DNA of 64,000 nt, taken from contig NC_067403.1 in assembly GCF_016432865.1 (NCBI RefSeq), positions 255,564,001 through 255,628,000 of the forward strand. The letters run 5' to 3'. Position 1 is the stretch's first letter, and the number at the start of each line of letters is the position of its first letter. This document shows, piece by piece, positions 1 through 12,300 of this stretch. A program made the translations under genes and the position numbers. The stretch comes from Antechinus flavipes (lineage: Eukaryota). The notes beneath the pieces are model-generated. The model was not told where the DNA came from. It saw nothing but the letters and a program-made list of their open reading frames with translations, and searched no databases.

Positions 1-240
1 TCCTTCCCACTCCTGTCTCCTGAGACACTAAAGCCCCACTAATACGAGGGGATGAGGGCTGTTTGGCCGCTGCCACTGAGGTTCTGGGGCTCATTTGGGG
101 CTGAGTCCTGTCCCCTGACCTGCTTTTCCTCGGGAGTGGCCCCGGGGCACCAGTTCACAGCCACCTTTTCCCCTCCAAACTCCCTCTCCCTCAGGAAGAG
201 CTGTGGTGTTGAAAATAAATGACAGACTTTATTAAAGTTG
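1..240 (+). other. Probable 3' UTR end of the upstream + strand gene (ZFPL1 by synteny)
   Basis: + strand AATAAA at 214-219 and ATTAAA at 231-236, with no coding signal. In human, ZFPL1 ends tail-to-tail with TMEM262. The identity is inferred from synteny only. Confidence 0.35.
214..236. terminator. Back-to-back poly(A) signals on both strands
   Basis: + strand AATAAA 214-219 and ATTAAA 231-236. Minus-strand AATAAA (TTTATT 228-233) lies 52 nt after the TMEM262 stop codon. Confidence 0.65.
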
Positions 241-284
241 AGCCAAGGCCTTTCCTTCCCTGGCGCTAGCACCTCACCAGCCTC

Positions 285-866
285 TCAATGCTTCTCCTCC
301 CGGTAGTTGATGGTGAGGAACTCCAAGGTCAGGCGATTGATGAACATGGCCGTGTTGAGCACTGGGGCAAGAGAGGGCTGGAAGTGGCCCCAGTCCCCCT
401 CCCCCCGCTCCCCGCACCTCTTTGGGCCCAGGAGTCGTGGGGTCCACTGTTGCCGCCCCCTCCCTCCTCCCCCTGCCCTCGGCCTCCCCGCCTCCCCACT
501 TTCAGGTTCCCTGTTCTTACTCAGGATGGTCAGGGAAAAACATTTCAGAACCCTATCTTCGATCAGCTCTGCGAAGAGTGACCCCAGGGAGGCCCACCAG
601 ATGCTCATCACCTGTGAGAACTGGCGCCCCCACGAGCTGTAGGAAGGGTCCCGCCGGCCCCGGCCCCGGCCCCCTGCACCCCCTTCACTCACCAGGAGGA
701 TGATGGTGCTGCGGAAGCTCATGTAATTGAAGTTGCGGGTGATGCAGAAGTGGTGCACGTCATTGGCAAAGATGCTCACGTGCAGGATCAAGAGCAGCAG
801 CGCGGCCAGCGTCAGCACCACCCCCTGCGGGAAGAAGAGCACCGAGATCCTGTCACGCCAGCGCAT
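285..866 (-). CDS. TMEM262: Transmembrane protein 262 (CatSper channel subunit eta), 3 coding exons, 116 aa
   Basis: Exons 866-693, 620-521 and 361-285, all GT-AG, total 351 nt. Translation: [20 protein letters not shown]...[18 protein letters not shown]...[27 protein letters not shown]. This matches recalled human TMEM262 (MWWRDRIAVLFFPPG...NRLSLEFLAIEYREEHH, 116 aa), and synteny agrees. Confidence 0.92.
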   Translation of the reverse strand: MRWRDRISVLFFPQGVVLTLAALLLLILHVSIFANDVHHFCITRNFNYMSFRSTIILLVSEGGAGGRGRGRRDPSYSSWGRQFSQVMSIWWASLGSLFAELIEDRVLKCFSLTILSKNREPESGEAGRPRAGGGGRGRQQWTPRLLGPKRCGERGEGDWGHFQPSLAPVLNTAMFINRLTLEFLTINYREEKH

Positions 867-2699
867 GGCAGCAGAGCCGGACCACACACCTCACTGGGGG
901 CAGGCAGTTCTAGAACGCGGGAGGAGGAGGCACAGTGGGCACCAGAATGGCCGGAGGGCTCTAGAACCAAGAGGCAATTGTGGGGAGAGGGCAGCTCCCT
1001 CGCCCACCGCCTTTGGGATCTTGGCCCTGTTGTTGGGAAGTCAGTCACCCAAGGGGGAACGATCCTCTCTGGTTCCTGAAAGAATCCAGAAGGGGGTCTC
1101 AGTTTCCCCCTTTGACTCAACAGACATATTAAGGTTCGGTTCTGTAGGCCCTGAGCTGGAGGTGCAGGACTCGGTTCTCATCTTCTTGGAATTCTAGTCG
1201 GAGAACGGGGAATGTGTTCACATGAACAGCCACGGGCTGGAGAGAGGGGGAGGAGAGCTTCCCCAACGGGCGGGCAGTGGGAATGAGGAGGGGCTTTCGA
1301 AGAAAGAGGAGACCCATGGAGTGGGGCCAGTCTGTGGGGAAGGGGCCTGCGAAGGTAGTGGGAGGGGCTTACAGAGGCAGAGATGCCCCACTTACCCTGG
1401 GCCCCCTTCTCTGACATTTCTCCACCCGACCCATCACTCAGCATGGCCCTACCCGCAGTGGACATTGCATGAGCCGCCCAGCTTTGTGTGTCCATTCCAC
1501 CTCATTTCCCGTCTTCCCCCATCACGCAGCCCTCACATTGGCCACATTTGAGCACTCTTCCCCCTTCTCCACTCAGGGTCGCTGCTTCCAAGGAGCAGGT
1601 GCCGCCGGCCCGAGAAAACTACTTTTGGTTCCTTGTTGAATGGCAGGGTTACCCAGTTAGGAAAGACCCAGTGGCCAGCTGTCCAAGGGAGCCAGAATCA
1701 CATGAGGCCCTAGAGATGGCCGCCAGCCCAGGTGCCTCCTGCGTGATGCTCCTTTGACTCCTCAGAGACGATTATTTTGACCTGAGGATCCCTTTCCCCC
1801 AGCTTTTTCCAGGCCAAAGGTCATTTTAGCATCCTGGCAGGCAGCACATTGACTCCTCCCCCCAGCTTTCCCCCAGGCCCTTTGTGGACTGTTAGAGTCC
1901 TTTGGTCTCCACTGGTGGAGCGGGGGCCAGGAGCCCGGCTAAGCTCTTTGCCAGGGTCCGGGTGAGACCGAGCCAGACTGGTGGCAAAGGTCATCGCGGG
2001 AGAAGTGCTTTAGGCCTTTGGCCGGCCCAGGGCACAGCAGCTCCATGGGGCCCATGGTGGTTTCTCAGGAACAAAATGAAGCTGCGGCCGGGCCCTGCCT
2101 TTGAGGAGTGGCTCCGATTGGGAGAAAGCCCCTGGGGCTGATGGCCTTCCTGCCTGCTCCATCTGGAGCCATTTGTCTGCCCCTGCCTTCCCGTGGCCCC
2201 TTAGTGCTGGGACATCCGAGGGTCCGTCCTCACCTTGTACCTGAGATACCTGGCCCTCGTCCTTGGGCTAACGCTCTAAAGTTGGGGGGCGGCCACACGG
2301 GGTTAACTTCCTGCTCCGGGCTGAAACACTGGATGAGGGCTAAATGCCTTTTTCAGTGTGGCATTCAAAGCCCCCTTGGCACAAATTCAGGTTGGTCTGC
2401 CTCTGATCTCTGAGCCAGGGGCTCCCAGGCTCCATGTTCCTGGATGTCCTTCCCTCCCTGCGGGGGTGGGGGTGAGTCACATACGGGTGATTCTGAGAGA
2501 GCTCCCTGAAGGCAGCTGGGGGGCAAGCACCCACTCTGTGCCAGGCCCCGGGAGGGGCTCCCTGCCCTCAAGGAGCTTCCGGGGACAAGTTCCACTGAAT
2601 TCCTCTTGCTGGGTCAGGGCAGGGTGTCTCCCCTCCCTCCCTCTCCCCTCTGCAGGGTGGGGGGAGGGGTCTGTCTGGAGGGCGGGGACACGGGTTCCT

Positions 2700-3204
2700 C
2701 CTCGCCCCGCTCAGCCGCGTTCGCGGAGGAATGATCACGCCAGGACCCCGTGTCCCCTGACGTCGCGTCATTCCGGCTAAACCGGTCCCAGAGTGGCAGA
2801 AGCCCCGCCTCGGCCCGGCCAAGCACACCTTGGGGGAGGGGGCGCCCATGCCGGTATCCCCATTTTACACTCGGGGAAACCGGGGCAAGCAGATGGAGTG
2901 ACTGGCGCAGGTTCACGCCGCTAGTGAGTGGGGCTGGATTTGAACTCGGGGCGGCCTCGGCCCGGGCTCCGAGGGCTCCGAAGATCCACAATCCCCGGAC
3001 TCACCTTGTCTTGCGCCTGCGCATTGGCTGCCGCTTGGAGGGGCGGGTCTCGGAACCATTCTCCCGGTCTCGCGTTTTCGAGGAGGAGGCTTTTCCGGAC
3101 GGACCGCTCCCCGCAGGGGGAACCTGTTTCCTGCCGCACCACCTCCCCATAGCAGGAAGTGACCGGCTACGCTCCTGTGGAGCCACTTGACAGGCGGGGG
3201 CGGA
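2700..3204. promoter_or_regulatory. CpG-island promoter of VPS51, probably bidirectional
   Basis: High CpG density. NRF1-like TGCGCCTGCGCA 3012-3023, inverted CCAAT 3023-3027, ETS CAGGAAGTG 3153-3161. Minus-strand splice donor AAG|GTGAGT at 3005/3004. Confidence 0.75.
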
Positions 3205-6200
3205 ATGGAGGCCGCGGCGGGGCCGGGCCCGGGGCTGGGGGCGTCCCCGGAGGAGCCCGAGGCCCCAGAGCGGCGGCGGAAGGCGCACGGGATGCTGAAG
3301 CTGTATTATGGACTCCCCGAAGCCGAGACCGCGGCCTCAGGGGTGCCCCCCGACCCGCGGGACCCCACGGACCTCAACGGCGCGCATTTCGACCCGGAGG
3401 TGTTCCTGGACAAGGTGGGACCGCCCACAGCCCGTGACAGCCCCGCCCCCTGTCAACATTCCAGTGCCCCCCCCCTCCCCATCCTCGTGACCCCTGACAG
3501 CCCCGCTAGTGCTTCCATAGCCCCCGAAGGTCCCCCACGCACTTGCACCTCGAGGGCCTTTGTGCCCCCTATAAGCCCCCCCAGCACCCTCGGGGATCCC
3601 TTATAGCCTCTGACAGGTTCCCCCAATGTCCCCGTCTCCCAAGGGCTTCTGTGGCCCCTGACAGGTCCCCCCCAGTACACCTGGGCTATCCCCATGGCCC
3701 ACAACAGCCCTCCCAGTGCCCGACCCCCAAGTGCCTCCGTGGCACCTGACCCCCAGAGGCTCCCTGTGCCCTATCCTGGTGGCTCCTGACCGGCCGCCCA
3801 GCCCCAAACTGTCTTCTGATCCTCCCCCATTGTGCTCCAGGGCCCCCCATGGCCTTCCTTTGTACGTCCAGAGTGCCCCCCTTGTGCCCTCTGGGGCCCC
3901 CATGAACCCCACAGCCGCCCAGCTCCCCGGGCCGGAGGAAGGCTGATGGCGTGTGCCGCCCCTGCCCCCCACAGCTGAGGAAGGAGTGCCCCCTGGCGCA
4001 GCTGATGGACAGCGAGACAGACATGGTGCGGCAGATCCGCGCGCTGGACAGCGACATGCAGACCCTGGTCTATGAGAACTACAACAAGTTCATCTGTGCC
4101 ACAGGTGAGGGGGGACACCTGGCCCCTCCCCCTCCCAGCTTCCAGGCTTGGGCGGTGACCCCCCCCCCCCCAGGTGTTAATGTCTCAGGGTTCTGGGCTG
4201 CCCAGAACCTCTTGTGCTGAAGGACGCAGACGGGCCCCTGAGGGGTCCTGAGCACGGGGCCTGCTCCCCCGGGGGGCCGATCCAGGGCCCAGGATCCTTG
4301 GCCTGGGGGTGGCCGGGTGGGCCGGAGGGGGCGCTGCAGACTGAGGGATGGCCGGGGCCCCGCAGACACCATCCGCAAGATGAAGAACGATTTCCGGAAG
4401 ATGGAGGACGAGATGGATCGCCTGGCCGCCACCATGGCCGTCATCACCGACTTCAGCGCCCGCATCAGCGCCACGCTCCAGGACCGCCACGAGCGCATCA
4501 CCAAACTGGCAGGTGCGCGCTACCCGACCTTTCCCCGGGGGCTGATGGGAGGGGGCTGGGCCTGAGGGGAGGGGCGGGCAGTGGGGGTCAGAGGGGAGAG
4601 GCGGCCTTCCGGTGCCTCCCTCATCACCCCCCTGCAGGTGTCCACGCTTTGCTGAGGAAGCTGCAGTTCCTTTTCGAGCTGCCTTCGCGCCTCACCAAGT
4701 GTGTGGAGCTGGGGGCCTACGGGCAGGCTGTGCGCTACCAGGGTCGGGCCCGGGCCGTGCTGCAGCAGTACCAGCACCTGCCCTCCTTCCGGGCCATCCA
4801 GGACGACTGCCAGCTCATCACCGCCCGCCTGGCCCAGCAGTTGCGCCAAAAGTTCAGGTACCCGACGTCGTGCCCGCCGCGGTCACCCCTCGGCTCCCCT
4901 TCTCCCTCCCAGCCGTGCCCGCGCGGGGCCTTCTCCCTCCCGGCCGTGCCGCAGCCAGGGCTCGCTTCTTCTCCCCCACAGGGATGGCGGGGCGGGGGCC
5001 CCGGAGCTGGCCGAGTGCGTGGAGCTGCTGCTGGCCCTGGGCGAGCCGGCCGAGGAGCTGTGTGACGAGTTCCTGGCCCACGCCCGGGGGCGCCTGGAAG
5101 GCGAGCTGGGCGGCCTGGAGGCCGAGCTGGGCCCCTCGCCGCCTGCCCCCGACGTGCTGGAGTTCACTGACCGCGGCGGCAGCGGCTTTGTGAGCGGGCT
5201 CTGCCAAGTGGTGGCTTCCTACCAGGAGCTCTTCTCGGCCCAGGGCCCGGCGGGCGTGGAGAAGCTGGTGGCCTTCGCCCGGGAGCTGGGCAGCCGCTAC
5301 TTCGCCCTGGTAGAGAGGCGGCTGGCACAAGAGCAGGGGAGTGGGGACAATTCGCTCCTGGTCCGGGCCCTGGATCGTTTCCATCGGCGCCTGCGGGCCC
5401 CGGGCACCATGCTGCCCGCGGCAGGGCTGACGGAGGGAGCCACCGAGATCGTGGAGCGGGCGGCGCGGGAGCGGCTGGGCCAACACCTGCAGGGCCTGTG
5501 TGCCGCCTTCTCGGGCTGCCTGACGGACGTGCGCCAGGCTCTGGCTGCCCCCCGGCTGGCGGGCAAGGAAGGCCCGGGCCTGGGGGAGCTCCTGGCCTCC
5601 GTGTCCGGGGCCATCCTGGGCCACATCAAGGCCTCGCTGGCTGCCGTGCACCTCTTCACTGCCAAGGACGTGTCCTTCTCCAATAAGGCCTACTTCAGGG
5701 TGAGGGGCGGGGGGCCGAGGGGGCGGGCCAGGGGAGCTGGGGTGAGAGGCTGCCTGGGTCTGGGCTGCCCCCCTCAGCACCCCCTGAGTCTCTCTCCCAT
5801 CCCCCTCCAGGGCGAGTTCTGCAGCCAGGGCGTCCGGGAGGGTCTCATCGTGGGCTTCATCCGCTCCATGTGCCAGACGGCCCGTGGCTTCTGCGACAGC
5901 CCTGGGGAGAAGGGCGGGGCCACGCCGCCGGCCCTGCTCCTGCTGCTCTCCCGCCTCTGCCTGGACTACGAGACCTCCACCATCTCCTACATCCTCACCC
6001 TCACCGACGAGCAGTTTCTCGGGCAGGTGAGCGCCCAGGAGCCTCTTCAGCTGTGATGGGCTACCTGCCCACGTGGGTCCAGGGCCATTGGCCGAGGAGG
6101 AGGACGGGTGGGCTCGGAGCTTGGGCCAGCCATGGACCGGGCTTGTGGTCGCTATCATAGGAAGGAGAGCTCGGAGGGGTCCTGGCCCAGCCTCCTCGTG

Positions 6201-7653
6201 TAGGTCAGGAGACTGAGGCCCAGCTACAGTGTAACTCCTTTGGCCACATGGATTATGGGAGGCAGAGGCTGAGTCAGAATTGAACTTGAACTTGGGTCTT
6301 GGCTCCGAACTTCACGCTCCTGTTATGCCATCAGTGGTCCCCCCCCCGCCCTGGGGGCTTCTGAAGGACCTCTTCTCTCTGCTCTGCATCCCCCCAGGAC
6401 CATTCCCCCGTGACGCCGGTGAGCACCCTGTGTGCCGAGGCAAGGGAGACCGCGCGCAGACTGCTGACCCACTACGTGAAGGTCCAGGGGCTGGTGGTGT
6501 CCCAGATGCTCCGCAAGAGCGTGGAGACCCGGGATTGGCTCACCACCCTGGAGCCCCGCAACGTGCGGGCCGTCATGAAGCGCGTGGTAGAGGACACGAC
6601 CGCCATTGATGTGCAGGTGCTGGGGGGGAGGGGACAGGGAGGAATTAAGACCCTGAGAAGAGGGGCATTGGCGTTCTTGGTGGGGGGCCTGAGGTGGCTG
6701 GGGGGAGGGGGGACGAGTCAGCCCCCGGCTCCAGCGGCAGCTCCTGCCCCATCTGAGGAGAAGCTGGGGCTGCCTGGGGTCGGGGGAGCCCCTTAGGGAA
6801 GGCCCCCCGGGCCCCGACCAGCCTGCCTGTCCTGACAGGTGGGGCTTCTCTACGAGGAGGGCGTCCGCAAAGCCCAGAGCAGCGACTCCAGCAAGAGGAC
6901 GTTCTCCGTGTACAGCAGCTCCCGGCAGCAGGGCCGCTACGCCCCCAGCTACACCCCGAGGTGAGGGCTGGCGAGGTGGGGGCCGGGCTGGTCAGGGGCT
7001 GGGGGCCCAGGGCTGACTCATGTGCCCTCCCCACCAGCGCCCCCATGGACACCAATCTTCTGAGCAACATTCAGAAGCTCTTCTCGGAGCGCATCGATGT
7101 CTTCAGCCCTGTGGAATTCAACAAGGTGGGAGAAGACCTCCTCCCCCTCCCCCTTCTCCCCTCCCCCCCTTCCCCCTCTGCCTCTGTCCTGTCTGGGCCC
7201 TGTCTCTGCAGCTTCCCAGCACCAGTGACCCCTAGCAGCAGCCAGCGCCTCCACTCAGCAGCACAGCACCCCCCCACACACACACTGGTGCTGCTTTTGT
7301 CCTCCTTCCAGCATCGACCTGGGCCCCCCTGCGCCCCCTGCCCCCATGGGTGCCCCCTGACCTCGTCCACGCTGTCCCTCTCCCTCCCCCAGGTGTCCGT
7401 TCTCACGGGCATCATCAAGATCAGCCTGAAGACGCTGCTCGAGTGCGTGCGGCTGCGGACCTTCGGCCGCTACGGCCTCCAGCAGGTCCAGGTGGACTGC
7501 CACTTCCTCCAGCTTTACCTGTGGCGCTTTGTGGCTGACGAGGAGCTCGTCCACCTGCTGCTGGACGAGGTGGTGGCCTCGGCCGCCCTGCGCTGCCTCG
7601 ACCCCGTGCCCATGGAGCCCAGCGTGGTGGAGGTGATCTGCGAGCGCGGCTGA
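3205..7653 (+). CDS. VPS51: Vacuolar protein sorting 51 (GARP/EARP complex subunit), 10 coding exons, 776 aa
   Basis: Exons 3205-3414, 3975-4104, 4366-4512, 4638-4857, 4982-5699, 5811-6026, 6398-6616, 6839-6960, 7038-7125 and 7393-7653. All GT-AG with consistent phases, 2331 nt. Diagnostic peptides: [31 protein letters not shown] and the C-terminal [18 protein letters not shown]. Confidence 0.97.
3430..3800. repeat. Degenerate C-rich minisatellite in VPS51 intron 1
   Basis: Recurring core (gtg/g)acccctgacag(g/c)(t)cccc at about 3435, 3490, 3610, 3655 and 3745. Confidence 0.6.
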
Positions 7654-7747
7654 CGTGGCCCCCTGGCCAAGCCCCGTGTTCTCCCTGGGCTAGGCAGCCC
7701 CACAGCCCTCTCTGAGAGAGTGCCCGCCTTCCCGCCTTCCCCGGTCA

Positions 7748-7753
7748 ATTAAA
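7748..7753 (+). terminator. VPS51 proximal poly(A) signal (ATTAAA)
   Basis: ATTAAA about 95 nt after the VPS51 stop. A canonical AATAAA at 8263-8268 is a possible distal site. Confidence 0.6.
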
Positions 7754-8879
7754 AAGTGTATTATTCTCCAGCCTGTCCCGGACTTCCTTCTTAGAGGCAG
7801 CAGGGGAGAAGCAGGGGGCACGTGCCCCCCCCTCCAGGGCGTAAGGTGCCCTGGGCTCTGGGGTCTCCTTGGCCCCTGCAGGACCCCCTCTTCCATCCTT
7901 CTGGCCAGGGCTTTCTGGGCTGCCCGGCTTCCTCTTTAAGACGATTGCTCAGCGATTCAGCCAGAATGGCTCTTCCTCTCTCTGCCCATTGCTCCAACCG
8001 GGTAGAGCGGGGCGGCCTTCCCGACCCGCGTCTCTCCCCATTGTCGTCCTTCTTTCCTTCTGACCTTTGCTCCCTCAAGTCAGTGGTGCGGCCCGTGAGA
8101 AAGCAAGTTGGGAGAGCCGTCAGTGACCGGCTGTCTCCTGTGCGTTAATGCCCATTTGGGGGTGTGGTGTGTGTGAGTGTGTGTAATGTGGAAGTGTGTG
8201 CCTGTGCCTGGGCTGCCCTCAGTGCCTGTGAGTCCCGGCCCCAGGCCTGGAAATGAGACCCCAATAAAGTCGTCCCTCCCCTCTAGGAGCTTTAAGTCTA
8301 AAAGGAGAAGAGTCTAGTTAGGGAGGAGCCCCATAGTTGGGGGAGGGGGCAGCAGTGACTTGAGGGTGGGGATCCAATCCTTGGCACATGGGGTGGAGGA
8401 GGAGGGGGAGGGGGAGCAGCTGGCCAGCTTGTCCCCAGTGTAAAGCGGGGCACAGTCTGAAGCCATGGCCACAAGGGGCAGCCTTAGCGAGTCTTTCTTA
8501 AGCTCCTACTGCGTGCTGAGCAGTGCCAGTGACGTGCCCCATTCTAGCACTTCCCAGCGAGTCCATTCGGGCCCACTGTGGGCTGCAGACTTGGGCTCCT
8601 GAAGGCTGGCTCTGGGCGACTCCCGGCTCTCACCGAGGGCAAGAACCAGAGACTAGCTACTCTTGAGAGCTTGAAAGCAGGGGATGTGACTCTCCCAGGG
8701 ACCCGCTGTCGGGGAAACCCGTCTTGCTGGACTTGGCTTCAGGAATCCCAACGGTTAACATTCCCCTACTTAGAACCCGCGGGAGGGAAACGCTCTGCAA
8801 AGCTTGAAGCGTGAAAAATGCCATCAGCAATACAGAGTCACTCCCGTGCCCGGAGTGGGGGCTCGGGCCCGGGCCCCGC

Positions 8880-9395
8880 TGCCTTCCCGGCCTGGGACCG
8901 GGCCTTGGCTCGGCGGGCTCAGGGCAGAGTGGGCGGGGCGGGGGGCGGGACAGCCCGGAGGGTCCTCGCAGGTGGGGTGTGACCGCGAACCCGAGGAGCC
9001 GGGACCGGCGGGAGCAGGTGCGGGGCGGCGCCGGGGGCGGGGGCGTTGTCCATGCCCACCAATCCCGGCCGCCCGGCGAGTCCGGCAGGTCCGGAGCCCA
9101 GCCCTGGCTCCGCCCTCGGCGGGCGAGGATTGGCTGTCGCGTGACCAGGGCCCCGGGGATTGGAGCCGGGGAGGTGGGAGGAGGGTGGACAGGCAGATGA
9201 GCAGGGACTGGGGCGGAGAGCTGGGGAGGTGTGGAGGAGCCCCCTGTGCCCCTGCCCCGCAGCCGCTGGGCAGCGTTCCTGCGGGCTAGAGGGTCAGCTG
9301 GGCTGCCTGTCAAGCGCCCTCGGCCGGCCCCTCCGCGCCCGGGGCTTCCGCAGCCTCGGGCCCTTTGTCTTTCTCTCAGGCCCCGATCCAGAGCC
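8880..9395 (+). promoter_or_regulatory. TM7SF2 CpG-island promoter/5' UTR with GC boxes, CCAAT boxes and SRE-like motifs
   Basis: Several GGGCGG boxes. CCAAT near 9059-9063 and ATTGG at 9129-9133. SRE-like GTGGGGTGTG 8972-8981 and GTCGCGTGAC 9136-9145. A pyrimidine tract plus AG at 9379 suggests a 5' UTR intron. Confidence 0.6.
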
Positions 9396-12300
9396 ATGGC
9401 TCACCAGCAGCCTCCCCCGCGCCCTGACGATCTCGAATTTGGGGGGCCCCTGGGTAAGTAGCGGGCCGGCGGGGGTCTGGAGCTGGGGGGCGGGGCCGCT
9501 CGGCGAGTTCTGCAGGTGTTTTGGCCGGAGTGGGGGTGGGGCAACGAGGGGCCGGTACGGATGGGATCGCGGGGAAGCGGGCAGGGTTCCCTCGGGTGGA
9601 TCCCCCGGGCGGGGCGGGGCTCCGGAGCTGGAGTTTGGGCAGGGTTCCCTCGGGTGGATCCCCGGGCAGGGCTCCGGAGCTGGCGTGCGGGGGTGTCCCC
9701 TTGGTAGTAAGGAGGGGGCGCTAACAGGGGCGGGCGGATCTCCCTCCGGAGCTGGAGTTTGGGGATCCCTGGGTGAAATACTGCGGGCAGGGAGGGTCGG
9801 TGTCCCGGGAGCCGGGGCCCGGACTGAGCTGCTGGAGCTGCTTTTTCCTGCAGGGACGGCTGCCATGCTGCTCTTACTCCCCGTCACCCTCTTCCACCTG
9901 CTCCTCACCTGCCACTCGGGCGCCTGCAGCCTGCTCAGCCTGCCCCCCGAGCTGCCTCCGGCCTCCGCCTTGTGGAGCCCCTGGGCGCTGCTGCTGCTGC
10001 TGCTCTGGCTGGGCCTGCAGGCTACGCTGTACCTGCTGCCCATGGGCAAGGTGAGGGGCAGGGCCCGGGAGGGGGAGCGGGCGGGCAGATGGGGAAGGGG
10101 GCCAGGGTCCTCAGAGCTGCTCTCTGTCCTCTGCAGGTGTCGGAGGGCATGATGCTGAGGGACAAGAGCCACTTGAAATATCCAATTAACGGTGCCAATC
10201 TGCCTCCTACCTAGACTTCGCCACACATCCCCCGCCCTTGCCTAGGACACGGGCACGCTCCGGGCTAGGGAAAGGGGGTGGGGGTGGGGATCCAGGCCCA
10301 GCCTTCTCTGTTCCCTTGTCCCTCTGTAGGGTGGGCTCCCACTGCCCACGGAACCTTGGGAAGTGGCCCGGACCGGTGCGTGGGCACTGCCGCCCCCATG
10401 GGGCAAACCCTGGGTCTGAGACCGCCCCCCACATCTGCCTTCCGCCTCAGGGGCCCCGCCCAGTGGAGACATATGGAGAGGCTTCCCCTGTGGCTTTGGG
10501 GAGGCTCTTCCAAACGCAGGGTCCGGATGGGGAGCTTGCTGAACGAGAGAGGCCCCTGTCCTGAGACTGAGCGCCCAGGCTTTCTTTTGCAGGGTTCCGA
10601 TGCCTGGGACTGACCGCGCTGCTGGTAGGGCTGGGGCTGGCAGGGGGTCTGCCCCTCGGGAGCCTCTCAGAGCTGCTCCTACCACTGGCTTCTGCAGCCA
10701 CTGCTATAGCTTTCATCCTCAGCCTCCTTCTTTACCTCAAATCTTTCACAGTGCCCCCTTCAGCTCTTGCCCCTGGGGGAAATTCAGGTAAGCCCCGAAT
10801 GATTTCCGGTCACAGAGACTAGACCCTGGGTGGGTTCTGGAACAGGGGTCAGTAAACACCTCACCTGGGCTCTCCCACCTTCCTGTTCTAGGTAACGTCA
10901 TCTATGATTTCTTCCTTGGCCGAGAACTGAACCCGCGATTCGGATTCTTTGACCTCAAGTATTTTTGTGAGCTCCGTCCAGGGATGATTGGTTGGGTAAG
11001 GGCTGACTCTGGGCCAGGGGCTGAGCAGATTCCCTGCGAGGAAGGCTCAGGCAGACACTGAAAAACTTGGAGTAAATTTTCCAGGGTGGAGGGATATTCA
11101 TTGGGGCCGCTAGCTGGCGCTGCAGCAGATAAAGTGCTCCGCCAGAATGCTGGGTTGGAATCCAGCCTCAGACACTCCCTAGCTGGGTGACTCTGGGCCA
11201 GTCACTTCATCCTGCTCATTTCCATTTCCTCCTCTGTAAAACGAGCTGGAGTGGGAAATGGCCCACTAAGTCAGGATCTCTGCCCAGGAAACTGGAATTG
11301 GATCCCAGAGTTGGACAGGACTGAATGACGCATTTGCATTAGCCGCTGTCGGCGATTGTGAGCGCCATAGAAAAATTGTCAGAAGAGTCTCTGCCATGTG
11401 CCCTTTACTCTGGATTTCCCAATTTGTTATCTGTACTTCTGACTGGAGGGAGAAGAGGTGGAGGTGGGGTATGGGAGGAAGGAAGAAACCGTCCAGTTAA
11501 AAGAAGACAAAAAGCCCGAGAAAGCCGAGCTGTCGCTCAGCTTGGAACCAGAGGCCTCACTCCTTACAAAATAATAATCATGAGAAATAATACTACTAGC
11601 TAACATTTCCATAGGCCTCTTCTGTGCCAGGCTCTGTGCTAAGCTCTATACAAATATTCTCTCATTTGATCCTCACAACAACCCTGGGAGGTAGGGAGTA
11701 TAATTATCCCCATTCTACAGTTAAGGAAACCAAGGCAGACAATGGTTGTAAGTGTGTGAGGCTGGATTTGAACTCAGGTCTTGGCTGCCAGATTCTTTCC
11801 CGATGCCCTGGGATTGAACCCAGGTTGCTCCAAGCAGGTTCTCCCGGTCCACGGAAGCACAGGCTAGCCTTCATCTTCTCTGCCTAGGCTCTGATCAACT
11901 TGGCTATGCTCTTGCGGGAGGCAGAACGCCGGGAGGGTTGGCCTTCCTTGTCCATGGGGTTGGTCAATGCCTTCCAACTTCTCTATGTGGTCGATGCTCT
12001 CTGGAACGAGGTGAGGACGAGGGAGAAAAGGCCGTCCGCATCGTGGGCCCTGAGGGTAGGGAATCGGGGCAGAAATGCCCTCATCACTAACCACAGATAC
12101 CATCCTGTGCCATTCTCACCCCCCTGAGAGTGGGTGGGGAACAGCTCTTGGGGGAAGGAGTTTGGGTGCATGGGTAGAACAGGACGTACACCTGCAAAAT
12201 AATTGTATGGACATGTACACATTCAACTTATATTTCAACATATTTAACATGTATTGGTCAACCTGCCATCTAGGGAGGGGTGGGGGGAAGTGATGACATA

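Noticed and set aside
4854-6158. 434-aa minus-strand ORF, and other long antisense or alternative-frame ORFs over VPS51
   Set aside because: Shadow ORFs of very GC-rich coding sequence, where stop codons are rare. The + strand spliced frame explains the region.
9160-10226. 330-aa (+) and 310-aa (-) ORFs at the TM7SF2 5' end
   Set aside because: They read through a GC-rich intron and tandem repeat. Only the exon 2 portion matches the protein.
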